64,000 nt of DNA, from positions 268,651 through 332,650 of the forward strand of contig NC_090604.1 of assembly GCF_000497125.1 (NCBI RefSeq). Reading direction: 5' to 3'. The DNA comes from Spironucleus salmonicida (taxonomy: Eukaryota). The notes below the pieces were generated by a model. The model was not told the origin of the DNA. It ran no database searches and saw nothing but the letters and a program-made list of their open reading frames with translations. This document shows, piece after piece, positions 1 through 13,779 of this stretch. Numbering within the stretch: position 1 is the stretch's first letter; each line of letters starts with the position of its first letter. A program made the translations under genes and the position numbers.

Positions 1-638
1 GCATACCATCCCAGGTCCAGCTTCGTGTCGTAGGTGCACGGGACGCAGCTCTTAGAGCCTACGCGGGTGACTGGCAGATATGACCGACCTAGCATGGTTT
101 TGCAGTGCCTTACAGCTTGCGGGTGGTCTTCTGTTTCGAACTGAGGAACTGTAGCATGATTCTCCTAAAGAGCGCAAATTGGTTTTCATGTTTTTCTATT
201 TTGCTAAGTTGGGACTAGGTTGGGTATCCAGAGCTAAGCTCATGATGCGATTAGTATCCTGCATATTATATAAACTAGATACCAAAATTAAAATTCCGCT
301 CCAATTAATATTAGACACTAACGTATTAGATTGAATATGACACCCTATGACGACAATATGAGTCCACTGACGGCCAGCACTCGCCCTGTGCGGTCGGCTA
401 TCCCAACAGCAGCATGTGCAAAGGATGCAAAGCCAGATACAAGGCAAGGTGTGATCGATATCTAGCGGTGCCAGCCCGCTAGCAGGATATTTATGTCTCT
501 CCGGAGCACAGTTGTACCCAGTACGATAATTTCCACTTTCCCTTATTCCCCACGTCTGCTGCTCAAATCCGTACGACCTCCGCTCCCGGATCGCTAAATA
601 GCACCTGCGGCCATCTAGCCATATTATGCCAAATTCTA

Positions 639-1493
639 TCACTTCCTGGCCTTCTTGATGAAGTAGTATGCCAAGCCGCCACCAACTGCACCAGCAACCA
701 CCAATACCCCTATGATAATGCCGGCAATCGCACCACCACCTATTTTATTCTGCTAGCCTGCGTCCTACTTGGCCCAGCACATTCCAGCTAGAATTTCATA
801 CCCTTCCGCACATTCACTGCACGTACCGTCTTTCGCCTTCACTGTATTGGGCAAACATGTCTCGCAGGCAGTCTTTTTATCATTACAGGAGGCACAGCTT
901 CTAACCGCTCCGCATCTGCAGGCCGAATCAAGCCCTTCCGCGCACAATGTGGGAACTCCATTCTTGCAGTATTATCCATCTTGGAGGCTATTGCAGCTGG
1001 CCGTGCACTTTCCGTCTATCGTAGTAGTATAAGCGCCTGGAGTACAGAAGTTGCACACTGTTTTTGAGGAGCAAAAAAGACAATTTTACTCGCATGGCTC
1101 ACAGCGATTTGCTGACAAGTTGCAGAAGGTCATGCGTTCTTGTTCACAGTCTTATAAAGAATTGCAAACTCTAACGCATATATTCTTTTCCATGGTGTAC
1201 CCCTCAGCGCAAGCGTCGCACTTATCAGAGCTCTTACACTTGCCGCACCCTTTTGAGCATATAGTGCACCCATCCCCATCTAGAAAACTTCCTGGGATGC
1301 ATTTTGAGCACGTATTATTTGTGCACTCTCTACAATGGGTATTAACTGTATTGCTCACACAGTAGCAGCCTTAGCCGAGTTTTATGTCATCGGAGCAAGC
1401 GATGCAGCTCACTTCAGTATCCTCTACAGTCGGGCAGTAATATCCTGCCTTGCATTTGGTGCTCGATCTACTACATGTTCCGGCGTCGGGCAT
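639..1493 (-). CDS. Cysteine-rich membrane protein, CRMP1-type (284 aa, C-terminal TM + KKARK)
   Basis: Code-6 ORF starting MPTPEH-free frame MPDAGTC, with CxxC repeats, ending [36 protein letters not shown]. The stop lies within AGTGA. Same length (855 nt) as three paralogs. Confidence 0.92.
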
Positions 1494-4400
1494 TTTGAAT
1501 GGATGCACGTATTATAGTAGAATAACCGTGGTATAGAATAACTTACCAGTTTCGAATTTATTGAATATTGCTTGATATGGTATAGAAGTTATTATATGCA
1601 TAAACTAAAAATGGAATAACGTATTTATATCTATAAAGTATATATTTGTGAGAACAGTTTTTCCAGTGTTTATTGCTTGTTTATGTAGATATGCTACGTC
1701 TCCGAATGGAGCCCTGGACCGGAACTGCATGAGGCTACCATGCGTACTGGTATCAGCGCGGTGCACCGAGAGGGCCTTGGAGCAGGGAACTGGGATATGC
1801 AGGTACACCGCAAAACACCTCCCGAAAGCTCACTCTGCACGGCAGCACTCCGGCTTTGGGGGCTCTTACCACGCCCAACGATGTTAAGAAATAAGTGCGC
1901 TTCCCAGACAGCCTAGCATGCTCCTAAGAATTTACGCAAGGTATCCCCTCAAGGGCCTCATTGAGCTAGGCAACCTCCTGGAAGTTGGTCTGGGCCGCGC
2001 TGCAGTAGTTTTACTGCCCGTCTTGACTTCAGGCTGGCTCTAACCGCGTTATCAGCTAGGTTCGGTGCTCGGGATAATGAAATAGGTAAGTAACCGAACT
2101 CAGTGCTAAGTATGCTTAGCAAAAATATGAAAAGCCATATTGAAATACGAAACATCATTTCATTAAATTGAGAAAGAATTTATATCATTCAATTACATAT
2201 TTCATAATCATATTTCATATATTTGCTAGTATACCTACTACTCTACAAGCATATCAGTGTTTATATAATTTTTAAAAAAGAAAGCTTCGATACTTAAAAC
2301 AAGTCATTTTTAAAAATAGTTTGTGTCTTCCATATTAAATAATCTTGCTAACCACCCTCAGCGTGAGCAGGTCAAGGGAAATATGATCTCTTTAGAGATT
2401 GTATTTCCATTGGGTCGCCCAAATCGAATATATCAAATTCATAATTATATTTTAATTTTTAATATCGTATTTTTTAAAATACATAACTGGTGTTTTTATA
2501 TTTAGATGTTATTAACAAACCTTTATCAGCCATGACAGAGAAGTAATATTCAAACAAGATAAAATTATAAATTCAAAAAATATAATAATTCAAATAAGAT
2601 CTATTACAGATACTAGAATATGTTTTTGATTTTATAAAAGTAAAGCTTTTAAAATAGTAAATCAAGTATATAAAATAATAAATCAAAACTATAATGCAAT
2701 GATCTAAATATGAATATTAAGTAATACAAAAACGAATATAGTTAGATATCGCTTATATATAATAAATGTAATAAAACAAATACTAAATAATTTATTCTAA
2801 TAAATTAATTAGATTAAACCAATTATAAAAGTTTTAACTAATATACAATACAATTAAATAGTAAAATTTACAATTAAATGAGTTCAAGGATAAATCTCAT
2901 ACCAGAGTCTTGAATAATCTATCAAACGATGTATTATAAAAATATCACATTGAATAAATCCAATTACCAAAAGTAAAAGAATAATGTTAGTATCAATATA
3001 AATATAGACTACAAGGAAAACATGTTTGAAGAAATCAAATAGTAAGCAAGTAGTAAGTCACCATCGAGAAGGTGCACACAGAATATTTGAATTTTGAAAA
3101 TGGACTATTGTTTTATTACTCGCAATGCGAATGATAAAATCTGATATAGTAGATAGTATCCCAGAGAGGGGCCAAGAAAAAATATTTTTCCTATTTAAAA
3201 ATTCAAAACGGTTACTCACCAAGGGCGACCACTAAATTGGTAGACAATGCGACCAATAAATTGGATCAACATATTTAACTTTAAAATTTTCTAAAGCTAC
3301 TAATTCTAATTATGTGGTTCATACAATGGGGATTTGTTAGTCTATGTATTATTCTGACTACAAACTATGAAATTTTGAATTTTAGCATCAAATTAAACTC
3401 ATATTCTGAGTACTGACACCCATCGCCTTCTACTGCTAAGGGCCAGTTAGGGACTTTGCCAACGGCTTTTCAAACTTAAGCTTTGCAAAGTAGCGTTTAA
3501 AAACAGCAAAAAATACCATTTCACCCTCTAGACGATACGTTAAGCAAGATCCCTGCTGTCAAAGTATTACGAATAGGCCATAGTTTCCGCCTGGCTGCAT
3601 GCTCCGTTTTGCAATACAATACCAGCGTAAGGTTGCAAGTATGCATTCCGCACCAGCAGTGCTACCTCGTTGCAGTCAGCCGCTGCTCAAATATTCAACG
3701 GGACGTGCACGCTAGGAATAGGTGCTACACATCGCTGCGTGCCTTCTGATTACGCAAAAACATTTCTTACCCTTTGGTGCATGCCCTGTTCATACCTTGC
3801 GCGCAGATGCTTCGCACGGGAGGTTGCAAATTTGGTTATTTGGAAGTCTTTCAGCGGGAGTGGGGTAGAAAATACGCATTTTCCTAAAGTTTAGTTGTAT
3901 GCTATTTGAAGTCGAAATGAGCATTTTGGCGATAATTCTGGGAGGGCAGTTAGCATCGTGTAAGACACTTTAAGATGATGATTTAAGGAACGGGTTGGAT
4001 GCGGTAGTGCGTGCATAGCGTTCATGGGGATTAGGTGTGTTTGATTTGTGCAGTCTTAGTAGTTAGGGAATGGGAGATGTTGGGCGAGAAGGGGGCTTGA
4101 GTATTTTGGTGTAGATGCATTAACATGATATTTGTCAGGTCATAACGGTTGGGATGGTTTGGTTGTACCTTAGATTTGCTTATGTAGAGATAATTTTATT
4201 GTATAGTAGTTGTAGTAACTATAGTTTGGATGAATTTGAAATATCGATATCTTACCATACGCAGGAATACGCACTTAACCTTTAAGGTAATTTTAAAATT
4301 AGGATACAATAACATGTCATACTGCTACATATGCATATTATGCAATCCGATTCTGAAAATAACTAATGTATGCAAAACTGAAGCTGTAATATTTAATAAT

Positions 4401-5642
4401 ACTATACAATATAGAATCACTCTAAAGATAGTGAATTAAATTTCATGAAATAGGCCAGATTCTAAATTTATAGCTTAAAGTATTACTATCATTGCTGTTA
4501 CGTAACCTCGTGGAAAGCATGGGTTTAGTTAAGTTTTGCAGAACTGCTAAGGCTTTTGAACTAAAATATATTACTAATTGCTCATATGGTGCTATTTTTA
4601 TTACATGTGGTAAATCGATCTATCGATGCCTTGCTTTGACCTCATGCTGATTTTATCTCAGGTTATCTATTACTATCTGAATAGTTCTAACAAATTAAAA
4701 CGTAGTAAGGTGGGTTCAAGTATTCCGTAACGAGCTGCTGTCAGCTAAGTATCGCGAAGAGTAATGCATCGCTAATTAACATTTAAGTTCACTTAGAATT
4801 TTTGGCCATGTATTCCTTCACAACTGGCACCATCACTTCTTCCTTTTCTTGAGGAAGTAAATGCAAGTCCACCCCGACGGCACATAGTGTTAATATCCAT
4901 GTCACACCAACTGTGGATAACCTACCGTTATGTATTTCATCAAAAAGCAGATATTTCCACCTTTCTCAGCACATTCTATGCATTCTCAGCATTGTTAGTA
5001 TTTGGGTAAATACCCCAGGAAGACTATAACTTCCACTAGATTAACGATTTAGGGCTCATGAATGTCTAGAGAGCAGATAGTTCCGATAGTCTATGCAGCT
5101 AGTGCATTTACATTATCGTCATTAGAATATGTGCATAATGGATCAGTACAGGGCCTATCTCTTATTTCTTAAATTGTTTGACAAATAAGGCAATTAGGTG
5201 CTCCTGGACCACACCTGCGTCGTGGTGTCTGGCCAGCGGAGCAGTATTCAATAATAGGATTATTAGCATAGGCATAGCGGACAATGATGCGGCTACCTAA
5301 TAGCTTACTTATTTATACTATGCCATCTATTTGGAATTTTGCATTTGAGGATTCATCCAGCTGCGGCATGCCGCGTAGATGCTGGAAGGCACTCTAGGTA
5401 TTACCAGTGGGCTTTAATTCGCAAAGTTAGGAATATTGATAAAGTGTCTGGGACCACAAGTGCGCGCAATAGCTGCAGAATTTATTCATATACCGTATAC
5501 AGCTTTAAATCGGTTCGCGAAAGCTGTGCATTTTGCGGAACTGCTTCAGGCTATAGAGTTAGCACAACATGCTAACAACTGGCTGATGCACGAACTAGGC
5601 AATAATTTGATTTTGCTACTGCATGCGTCATTACTACCTCTA

Positions 5643-7350
5643 TGCAGGAAATGCTACCAAGGTTAGCTTCAGTGCTATATTGAATACAGCCGTTTACTTT
5701 ATTGTATTAGGATGGCGTTTAATAGTTTTAGTTTTGAATAGTTATATTTAGTTGGTTATTTAGTATTTAGATAATATTTCCTAATACAATTATAAGTAGT
5801 AAAATATTTACTACTCATTCCCAAGTAAATAATGATTAATATAATATATGTTACATGTACAAAAATAAAAATCAATAACTGAAGCTTTAATTATGTTAAT
5901 ATTAATTATAATAGTTATATATTAATTAATTTATCGAGTTTCTGTGTAATAGGGTAATACATAATATTATAGGAAAAGGAAAATGAAAAGGTAAATTGTA
6001 TGTATTATCCAAAACTTATCAGGTTTAATCCTAAAAGTGTTATGATTTTAACATATTATAATATTTATATATAAAAATCTTTTTTTCATTTAATTGAAGT
6101 TTATCCATTCTCAACTAAGTCTATGAAATATTAAAACGTATATTACTTAAATTTTACAAATTTAGTTATTAAGCCTTAGATCATATCATAGATGGTATAA
6201 GGATAGTAGAAAGTGAAAGTTCCTACCCAATAATGTAGTCAGTGAACAAACCTATCTCTCTCACTACAGGTCATAGAAATACTAAAATTTAGTTAATGCT
6301 AGCATTGCTACTTTAGGAAAGCATGTGATAGATAAGCTAATGATAAAGTAAGGTTTAGTAATATTCTGGCATACTGTGCTGCAAGGTGAATGCATGTATA
6401 GACTCAAGGCTGATTAATGGGGTACATGGGATCTGAATAGAAGTGGTGTCAACACCTATTACTACATCTTAACTGAACCGTAAGTAGAAACTTACATATT
6501 AGTAGTAGGAAACTAGAATTTAGGATGCTATCAGTGAAAACATACCAACAGAAGAATATCGTACCGGATAAACTTCTGATACCTCGGGAGTATCGAGCAT
6601 GGATACTAGCACGGGCTCTGGTACGGTCCGGAGTGGCTGGTATGGTCAGCCTATTTAGGTATCAGGCTAGCCGAGAAGAAGTAATTGAGATCATATTAGC
6701 CATTTTCACCAATCTTTCAATTTAGCATATTAGAATGACATAAATATTTTTGAATTTTGCAGCTATGTTAGTCTAAATAGTATCCGAATAAATTATTCGC
6801 TACTATTTTAAAATATGAATTATTTTATTATACTCGAATAATATTGTTAGCTTCGGTCAGCATAAAGTTGGTTTGAGTAGTACTTATGTTTAAATACCCA
6901 TAAGTCCAACTATTACCAGCAATCGGGTATTTAGTAAACTTACTGCTATTTCTGCAATCACAGGGGTATTATATAATATATGGATTTTTTCACTTTTAGT
7001 TTTTGCAGTATTATATTAGTATGCACAACTATTATAAACTCAATTTAAAGATTTGCGTGTTTTAAAGATTATAAGTTACTACGCACTTTGCATAAACTAT
7101 TATAACACCATTCATGCCTATAATAACAATAACATCACCATTTCTTTTGTTAAATCTACTGCGATTTCTCTACAACTACTTTAAGTAAATTTTACTAAAT
7201 TATACTTATTTGGACAATATCAATTCCTCATTTAATAGTAAACGCTATCCATAAAATATTTCACTTCCACTTCAATAGTGAAAAACACGAAACTGCAATC
7301 CTCGGTAATATTCACAGTTATACTGTAGTTATCTTTTCACTTCTATGAAA
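5643..7350 (+). repeat. ~1.7-kb upstream repeat 'U' shared by all four large CRMP genes (copies 16964-18658 -, 34310-36007 +, 45578-48608 - expanded)
   Basis: Starts at tgcaggaaatgctacca and runs to the ATG of each large CRMP. Different sequences join at its distal end in different copies. Confidence 0.85.
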
Positions 7351-9516
7351 ATGTCAAACTAGTGTTCTTCTAGCGATAAAAATTCCTGCAATGAAGGTTA
7401 CTTCTGCCCATCAAACGTAGGAACTACTTCTACAGCATGCCTTACATGCAAAAAAGAGTGCGCCACCTGCACAGCAGAGAACACGTGTCAAACCTGCACT
7501 AATGGGAACGTTTTAGGCGGAACCACCTGCACCGCCTGCGTTTCAGGGTAGACCATGAAATGTACCTGCGGGTCTGCTGAGAACTGCTCTATTTGCGATG
7601 TTACTGATCCGACTAAATGCGACGTCTGCGCGAATGGACATTTCATGTCTGGGACTACCTGCACGGCTTGTGTAGCTAATCAAATGGCTCCGTGTACATG
7701 CAGTACCGCTGTTAACTGCGGAACCTGCGCTACTGATACAAGTAAATGCAAAACTTGCATCAACGGATACGATCCAAGCGGAGCAACCCCTTGCCAAACA
7801 TGTAAGGCTAAGTTCTTTGAGGATACTACTACAATTCCTAAAAAATGCACGGCTTGCTCTACGAACTGCACAACCTGCTCTTCTAGCTCTGTTTGCAGCG
7901 CCTGTGAAGATGGATTTTCTATCAAAGATAATAAGTGCATAGCCTGCACTACAAGCTAAACAACTGCCTGTACGTGCAAGGTTGCCAAAAATTGCTAAAC
8001 ATGTGATACTACCAATACGGGCAAATGTTCAACGTGTATAGGAAACTTTGACAAATCTGGAAGCACTGCTTGCGAGAATTGTTTGACAGGATTTTTCAAA
8101 GGGGGCGTTTCTGGGAGTGAAATTTGCACAAAATGCCCAGAGACCTGTGCAACGTGCACAGCAGAAAACACCTGCCAAACGTGTAAAGATGGAAACGTTT
8201 TAAGTTAAAATTTGTGTGTGGCCTGCACTGCAAACCAAATGACTGCCTGCACGTGTACGTCTGCCAAAAACTGCTCAACATGTAAACCTAGTGAGATGGG
8301 CAAATGCGAAACATGCATCAACAATTTTGACCCATCTGGAGACACTCCTTGCGAGAAATGCTTGTCAGGATTTTTCAAGGAAACAAAATCTGCTATCGAG
8401 ACTTGCACAGCCTGCTCTGAGAACTGTACAACCTGCTCTTCTAGTTCCGCTTGCACAGCTTGCAAGGATGGATTTTCGATCGAAAGCAACTAGTGCGTAG
8501 CCTGTGGAGACGAAAACTGCAAAACCTGCCCAACTAACAAAGACGCCTGTACGGCGTGCAAAACTGACTTTTCGCTGTAAAGCGGTAAATGCGAGAAAAC
8601 ATGCACAGCAGGTGACGGCAGCTGCGCCTCGAACCAAATCTGCGACACGATCTGCAAAGACTGCACCAGCAACTGTACCACGTGCAAAGATGCTGTTGAC
8701 AAATGTGTGACTTGCAAGCCCGGCTTTATGTTAGACAGTGAAAAATGCACAGCGTGCCCCAACGGCTGCGCGAACTGCGATGATGATAAAGCCATCTGCA
8801 AGCTTTGCATGGACGACTTTTTCGCCACGGATAAAACCTGTACGGCTTGCACGTCAAACAGTACGGAACAGTGCACGTGCGGTACAGCAACGAACTGCGC
8901 GACCTGCGATACTCCTGATAAAGGAAAGTGCGCCACCTGCATCACCGGCTACAAAAAGGCCACAAATGAAACCTGCTCCGCCTGTGCCGACGGCTACCTG
9001 ATGGTAGATATGGCCTGCAAGTAATGCGAGGCCAAGTGCGCCACGTGCTCCGAAAGCCTCGAAACGTGCGATACCTGCGCCATTTAGCACACCATGAGCA
9101 TCAATTAAACATGCGAGAAGGATTGCACGGGTACACTGGCAGAGGGCAAGGCGTGCACTGCCGAAGCGATTGTGGACTGCGGGAGCAGCAGCCAGGTAAC
9201 TGCGTGCAAATGCGATACTGCTGCAAACTGCCTCTAATGCAATAGTTCGGATAGTAAAAAGTGCGCATCCTGCATGCCAGGCTACAAATTAGAAAATGAA
9301 AAGTGCACCACCTGCGCAGACGGGGCCACCGCCGTGGGCTCATTCTGCTTCCTACAAGGCGAGACGCTCAGCACCAACCTCTCCAGCGGCGCCGTTGCGG
9401 GCATCGTCATCGCTGTCCTGGTCGTTGCGGGGGGAGTCGCCGGTGCCGCTTTCTGGTACATGAAGAAGTCGAAGGCCAACTAGGAGGTGGAGAAGCAGAA
9501 CTTCAACATGCAGTGA
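7351..9516 (+). CDS. Large cysteine-rich membrane protein, CRMP2-type (721 aa), copy B1
   Basis: Code-6 ORF MSNQCSSSDKNSC..., dense CxxC repeats, TM GAVAGIVIAVLVVAGGVAGAAFWY, tail MKKSKANQEVEKQNFNMQ-TGA (in CAGTGA). An in-frame ATG at 7345 is an alternative start. Confidence 0.93.
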
Positions 9517-10313
9517 GAATTTACGTGGAATTAAGTTTGGAACTATGCATATGGCACCCCGTTGAATGGTGATACTTTAGGAGAGCAAACTTGAGAATCT
9601 GTGATTAACAAATCTGGAAAGTTGGTTTCTTATTCATTACCAATCCTTGCTTGCTATTATTCGGATATTTTCAGCATTATTGGGCTAGCAAGTAACGGCG
9701 TATTTAAATGCTGCAAATTTATCAAGTCCTGGGGCTCTGCTAAACTGTTATTCCGCAGCATTTTGCTAGCTTAAATGTTATACTGTGCATCGAATTGCTA
9801 AAACATGCAATGGCCCTTGGAACGGGATGCAACGGATCGTAGACGTTAAATAGAAGTTCCAAGATGAAATTAGCAGGTAATTGGGTACGCGAATGGTAAG
9901 GAGAGAATTTGCAGTTCTAAGCTAATTTTGAATGTTAATGGAAATTTGTAGCTAGACTAAATTTTATGGTAGTTATTCTAGTTTATAGTGTTATGCTACC
10001 ATTCTGTGAGCTACTGTAGACTGACTAAATACAACTATGAGGAGCCATCTGGAAAAGCGAAGATAGAGTATAACTTGGATAAGAAGTTAAGAATTCGAAT
10101 CGAAATAGTTTATAGAATTGTATAATAGAACCGTTGGTTATTTGAAAACGATTATTCGAAGAGGGGAGAATTCAAAAATAATTTTTTATGTATAATTATT
10201 TAACCAGACCCAATGATCTTTATAAACTTCGATAAATAGGTTAAGTGATTATCATATCAAATTATAATTTTTGATAATTTTAAATTATATGGGTCAGTTT
10301 TTAAGTATAATAG

Positions 10314-11250
10314 ATGGAGAACTTCACAAATGCAAAAGTCTTAATTAAAGATAATAATTGTAAAGAATCGGTGTACATTGAAGTAGTCGTAAATAAAATG
10401 ATACTAGAGGTATAAATAAATTTAGTAAAGGCGAACGAATAAGATTACTGAATAACTTAAAAAAGAAGATAAAAGTATTCCCTTAGGGAAATGAAAACAA
10501 ATACTTCTAACACAAATCGGATGCACTTAAAAGCAATCAAGAATATTACAAGTATCTAATAACTAACAAGGAACTAACGTATAAAAATAAAACATACTAT
10601 TAACAAACATAATATCTATTAAAGGATTATGAAGTAGAATCTGCTAAAAAGATTTAACCAATTGCTAGAGATTTGTATTTCTGGTTAATTGCAAAATAAC
10701 TATTTTTAAAATAAATAAAACAGATTGATAAGCAGTAGTTAAGGATCAAGAAGCAAAACCAACTTACAAAGAAGCGATATAGGTTCTGTAAAAATAATAT
10801 ACCTTAGAGGACTACTCAAGGAGGTTATCAAAAATATTGATTAAACTAAAGTAAACTTCAGCCAAGCTAATTATAATAATATGCAATCGTCTTTATTAAA
10901 GTTTGAAGAGGATAGTAAATGTTAAATTTAGATATTATAGTAAAATATTAATGACGAGATATATTTCGTTAAAATTAACAGACAGGCTATTGTATGACAT
11001 GGTCGAATAAGTTGCAGCGTTATCAGAGTACTGTTTTAAGGGTAAGAAATAAGGTGACGTTAGACTGTACAACACGATAGCTATTTTAGACACGATTCTG
11101 TAAGAAAACTAATCAACTTCATCTAAGGTATGTAAGATTTACTTATAAGAATTACTTAATAGAATTTTGAAAAACAATAAACAAAAAGATCTCATTAAGT
11201 TAGTTGAGAATCTATTTTAAATAGTAACAAAACGTTAACATGGTGTATGA
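10314..11250 (+). pseudogene. Decayed copy of ~312-codon hypothetical ORF
   Basis: Collinear with 38950-39888. Has the shared in-frame TGA plus two 1-nt homopolymer deletions (A6 vs A7, T5 vs T6) and a CGA>TGA change. Confidence 0.5.
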
Positions 11251-12350
11251 TGTGAATCTATTTTAAAATTAGTAATAAATTTTATTTTTTACTTCTATAA
11301 TATTTTTTTTATTTTTTAAACTCAATAATAAATGAGAGATACTATTTTTTCTGTTAATGGAAGAATGATTTTATATGCTCTTCGCTGCTGTGGCTTACCC
11401 CATTGATCTATTCCTATCAGAAATCATGGTCTTTGACTTCGAGTAAGTTAAATTGTTATCTGAGATGGTTTTCTAAAAAGTTAGATATTTTGTGCTCATA
11501 TTTTGAATCATAAAATTGTGGTCCTCTTTATGGATGGCCGTTTTGAATTTTTAATATGCTGGAACCACTAATTGTTGACCTTGTTCGGGGTTCCTTCTAC
11601 TAGTAGATAGGTTCAATTAAGTTACAAATGAAATTCAGTTTAGTGGGTTTAGAAAACCTTCAGCATTTTATGGTTCGCGATACAAATTTAAAATATTTGA
11701 TATTTAAAAAAATCTTTAAATAACCTTCATGTGGTACTTAATGATGGATACTACTGAATTAATATAAAAATTGCTAGCTGAAATTAAAATTATTTAACCT
11801 TTGATCTATAAAAATTCACACTATAGATTTGTCTTAATAAAGTTAATATTTATAATTTTACTTTTTTAATAATACTAAAAATATGCAGTCCGTGTTATTA
11901 CTTTTTATTTAAAACTTATTTGCTGAAGCTAATCAATCAATTTAAGTGTTAAAATTTATATTTGACGGAAACTGAGTATTTAATAATGTAAGTTTACTCG
12001 AGAGGATATTTTATAAAATTAGATATTTTTACTATTATATTTAAAAACTTCAAAACTATAAATTTATGGAATGGTAAAAATGCATAAGATGCTTTAAAAT
12101 TAATTCTAATTAACTACTTCTTTCATTGCGCTTTGTTTTTAGTCATATTTATTAATCTTTAAAATAATTTTAAATCATATCCACCGAAATGTGCTAATAT
12201 TTTGAAATTCTTTATCAAACTCAGATTTAATGAAGTAACTTTATATACTATTAAAGATAAATAGCTTGGAAATGAAGTAAATTGAACAAAAAGTATAAGA
12301 TTAAATTGTAAACTATTCCTACTATTATATTTCTAACTGGAAAATGGCTA

Positions 12351-13226
12351 TCACTTCTTGGCCTTCTTGACAAAATAATAAGCTAAACCGCCACCAACTG
12401 CTCCCACCACAATCAATACTGCTACTACAATTCCAGCTACAGCCCCTCCTGAAAAATTAGAACCTTCGCCAGAGGATGATAATGGTAAACAGATTCCAGC
12501 AACTGGTTCATATCCATATGCACAGTCAGTACAATTACCTTGATCATTAATAGTATATCCCGCTAAACATGTTGCACATTAGGTTTTATCATCATTACAT
12601 GTAGCGCATCTAAACATATTTGCACATTTGCACTAGGAAGTAGATGAAGCACTGCAAGAAGTTGAAGTTCCATCCTAGCAGAATTATCCATCAGCAATAT
12701 CATTACAACCTTCAATACATCTTCCGTCAATAGTGGTAACAGGTTTTGCTTTGTGTCCTTCGCATTCTAAGCAAAAGGTAGCAGATGTACAGTAAGCACA
12801 GTCTTCTTAGCAAGGCTTGCAATGTTTAACAGAGAAATCACAATATCCAAGATGCTAAGCATTACAGTCTTTATGATTAGAACATGATTTTACACAGGTT
12901 TTAGATGTTGTCTCTAAAATAAATCCGGCTTTGCACGTAGTACATTAGTTTTCCTATTCTTCACAAGATTTACAGTTACTGTTGCATAACCCGCATGTTT
13001 TTGCACTGGTTAAAAAATAGTTAGCTATGCAAACGGAACATTTTCCATCTTTACACAATTGACAACGTTAAGTCGATACATTGTCTTCACAATTACAACC
13101 ATACCTAAAATTAATTAAATTATCAGCACAAGACTTACAATCAACGATATCATCATCGCTAGTAGGACAATACGTATCTATTTTGCACTTATTCTCACTG
13201 CCTGTACACTGACCACTCGCTGCCAT
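12351..13226 (-). CDS. Cysteine-rich membrane protein, CRMP1-type (291 aa, KKAKK)
   Basis: Code-6 ORF MAASGQCTGSENKCKIDTYCP...[35 protein letters not shown]. Absent from the ORF track because of TAA/TAG codons. Confidence 0.92.
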
Positions 13227-13628
13227 TTTATGTTTGAGATATTTTTACAGATGTATAATATTGTATATATTGAGTTTTATACTATTGATTTACAAATATT
13301 GATTTAATTATAAACAAATGTATATTACTGTATTTTAAAAAGTGCGATCATTTATTATTTTATCAATTTATATGTATATCTAACATATATTTCAAAAAAT
13401 TATTGAATGCATTTAAATATTAATTAAATTGTAAAATCGGAATAATATATATTATTATGAGTAATATGCTAAAATGATAAAAGCTTAATACATTAATTCA
13501 ATTTCTATTCATATTCAATATACTTTGTCCACACATTTCCAAATCTGAAAATAAATAAGTAATTGATAGTATTTTATATTACTCCATGTTAATTTCTTAG
13601 GAAAATCAGAATTTATAATAAACTATAG

Positions 13629-13779
13629 TAGTAAGTAACCAAGACTAAAAGCAACTTTCTGTTGACTCTAGTTTAAAAATGGCGAGGCAAGTTATGATCG
13701 CATCGCTATCCTGAAAATGGATTGGCGGTTTTGAAACTAAAGCCAACGGAAACTTCCTTTTAGTCTTGGTTACTTACTA
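13629..13779. repeat. 151-bp hairpin with ~51-bp imperfect terminal inverted repeats (MITE-like)
   Basis: tagtaagtaaccaagactaaaag... at the left is the reverse complement of ...cttttagtcttggttacttacta at the right. About 6 mismatches over 51 bp; TA on both outer ends. Confidence 0.75.

Larger units (their letters stand above)
1..7350. repeat. Outer arm (left) of large inverted duplication; partner ~45578-54227
   Basis: Position 1 (gcataccatc) matches the reverse complement at 54218-54227. CRMP 639-1493 mirrors 52735-53589 (coordinate sum 54228). ORF-track peptides at 2323/51728, 5339/48675 and 5436/48584 are near-identical on opposite strands. Confidence 0.9.

Noticed and set aside
196-642. 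148-aa minus-strand ORF after the CRMP stop, continuing into MKTNLRSLGESC...
   Set aside because: GTG start overlaps the CRMP stop, and the frame is not conserved in the copy at 33142.
2533-3135. A-rich coding-like stretch (MTEKQYSNKIKLQ...)
   Set aside because: Early TGA codons in both this and the mirror copy. At most a decayed gene with no identifiable product.
6525-6725. Repeated ORF MLSVKTYQQK... in repeat U
   Set aside because: The frame is disrupted by an indel in other copies (around 35300, 46280 and 47605) and has no recognisable protein features.
7351-9516. CRMPs as pseudogenes because of in-frame TAA/TAG
   Set aside because: TAA aligns with CAA in paralogs, and the frames are intact to a conserved TM and TGA.
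7543-9572. Many overlapping antisense and off-frame ORFs in the track (MQAMHLLS..., MHHLRRRGH..., and equivalents at the other CRMPs)
   Set aside because: They are shadows of the Cys/Thr/Ala-rich CRMP coding strand. The real genes are single code-6 ORFs.
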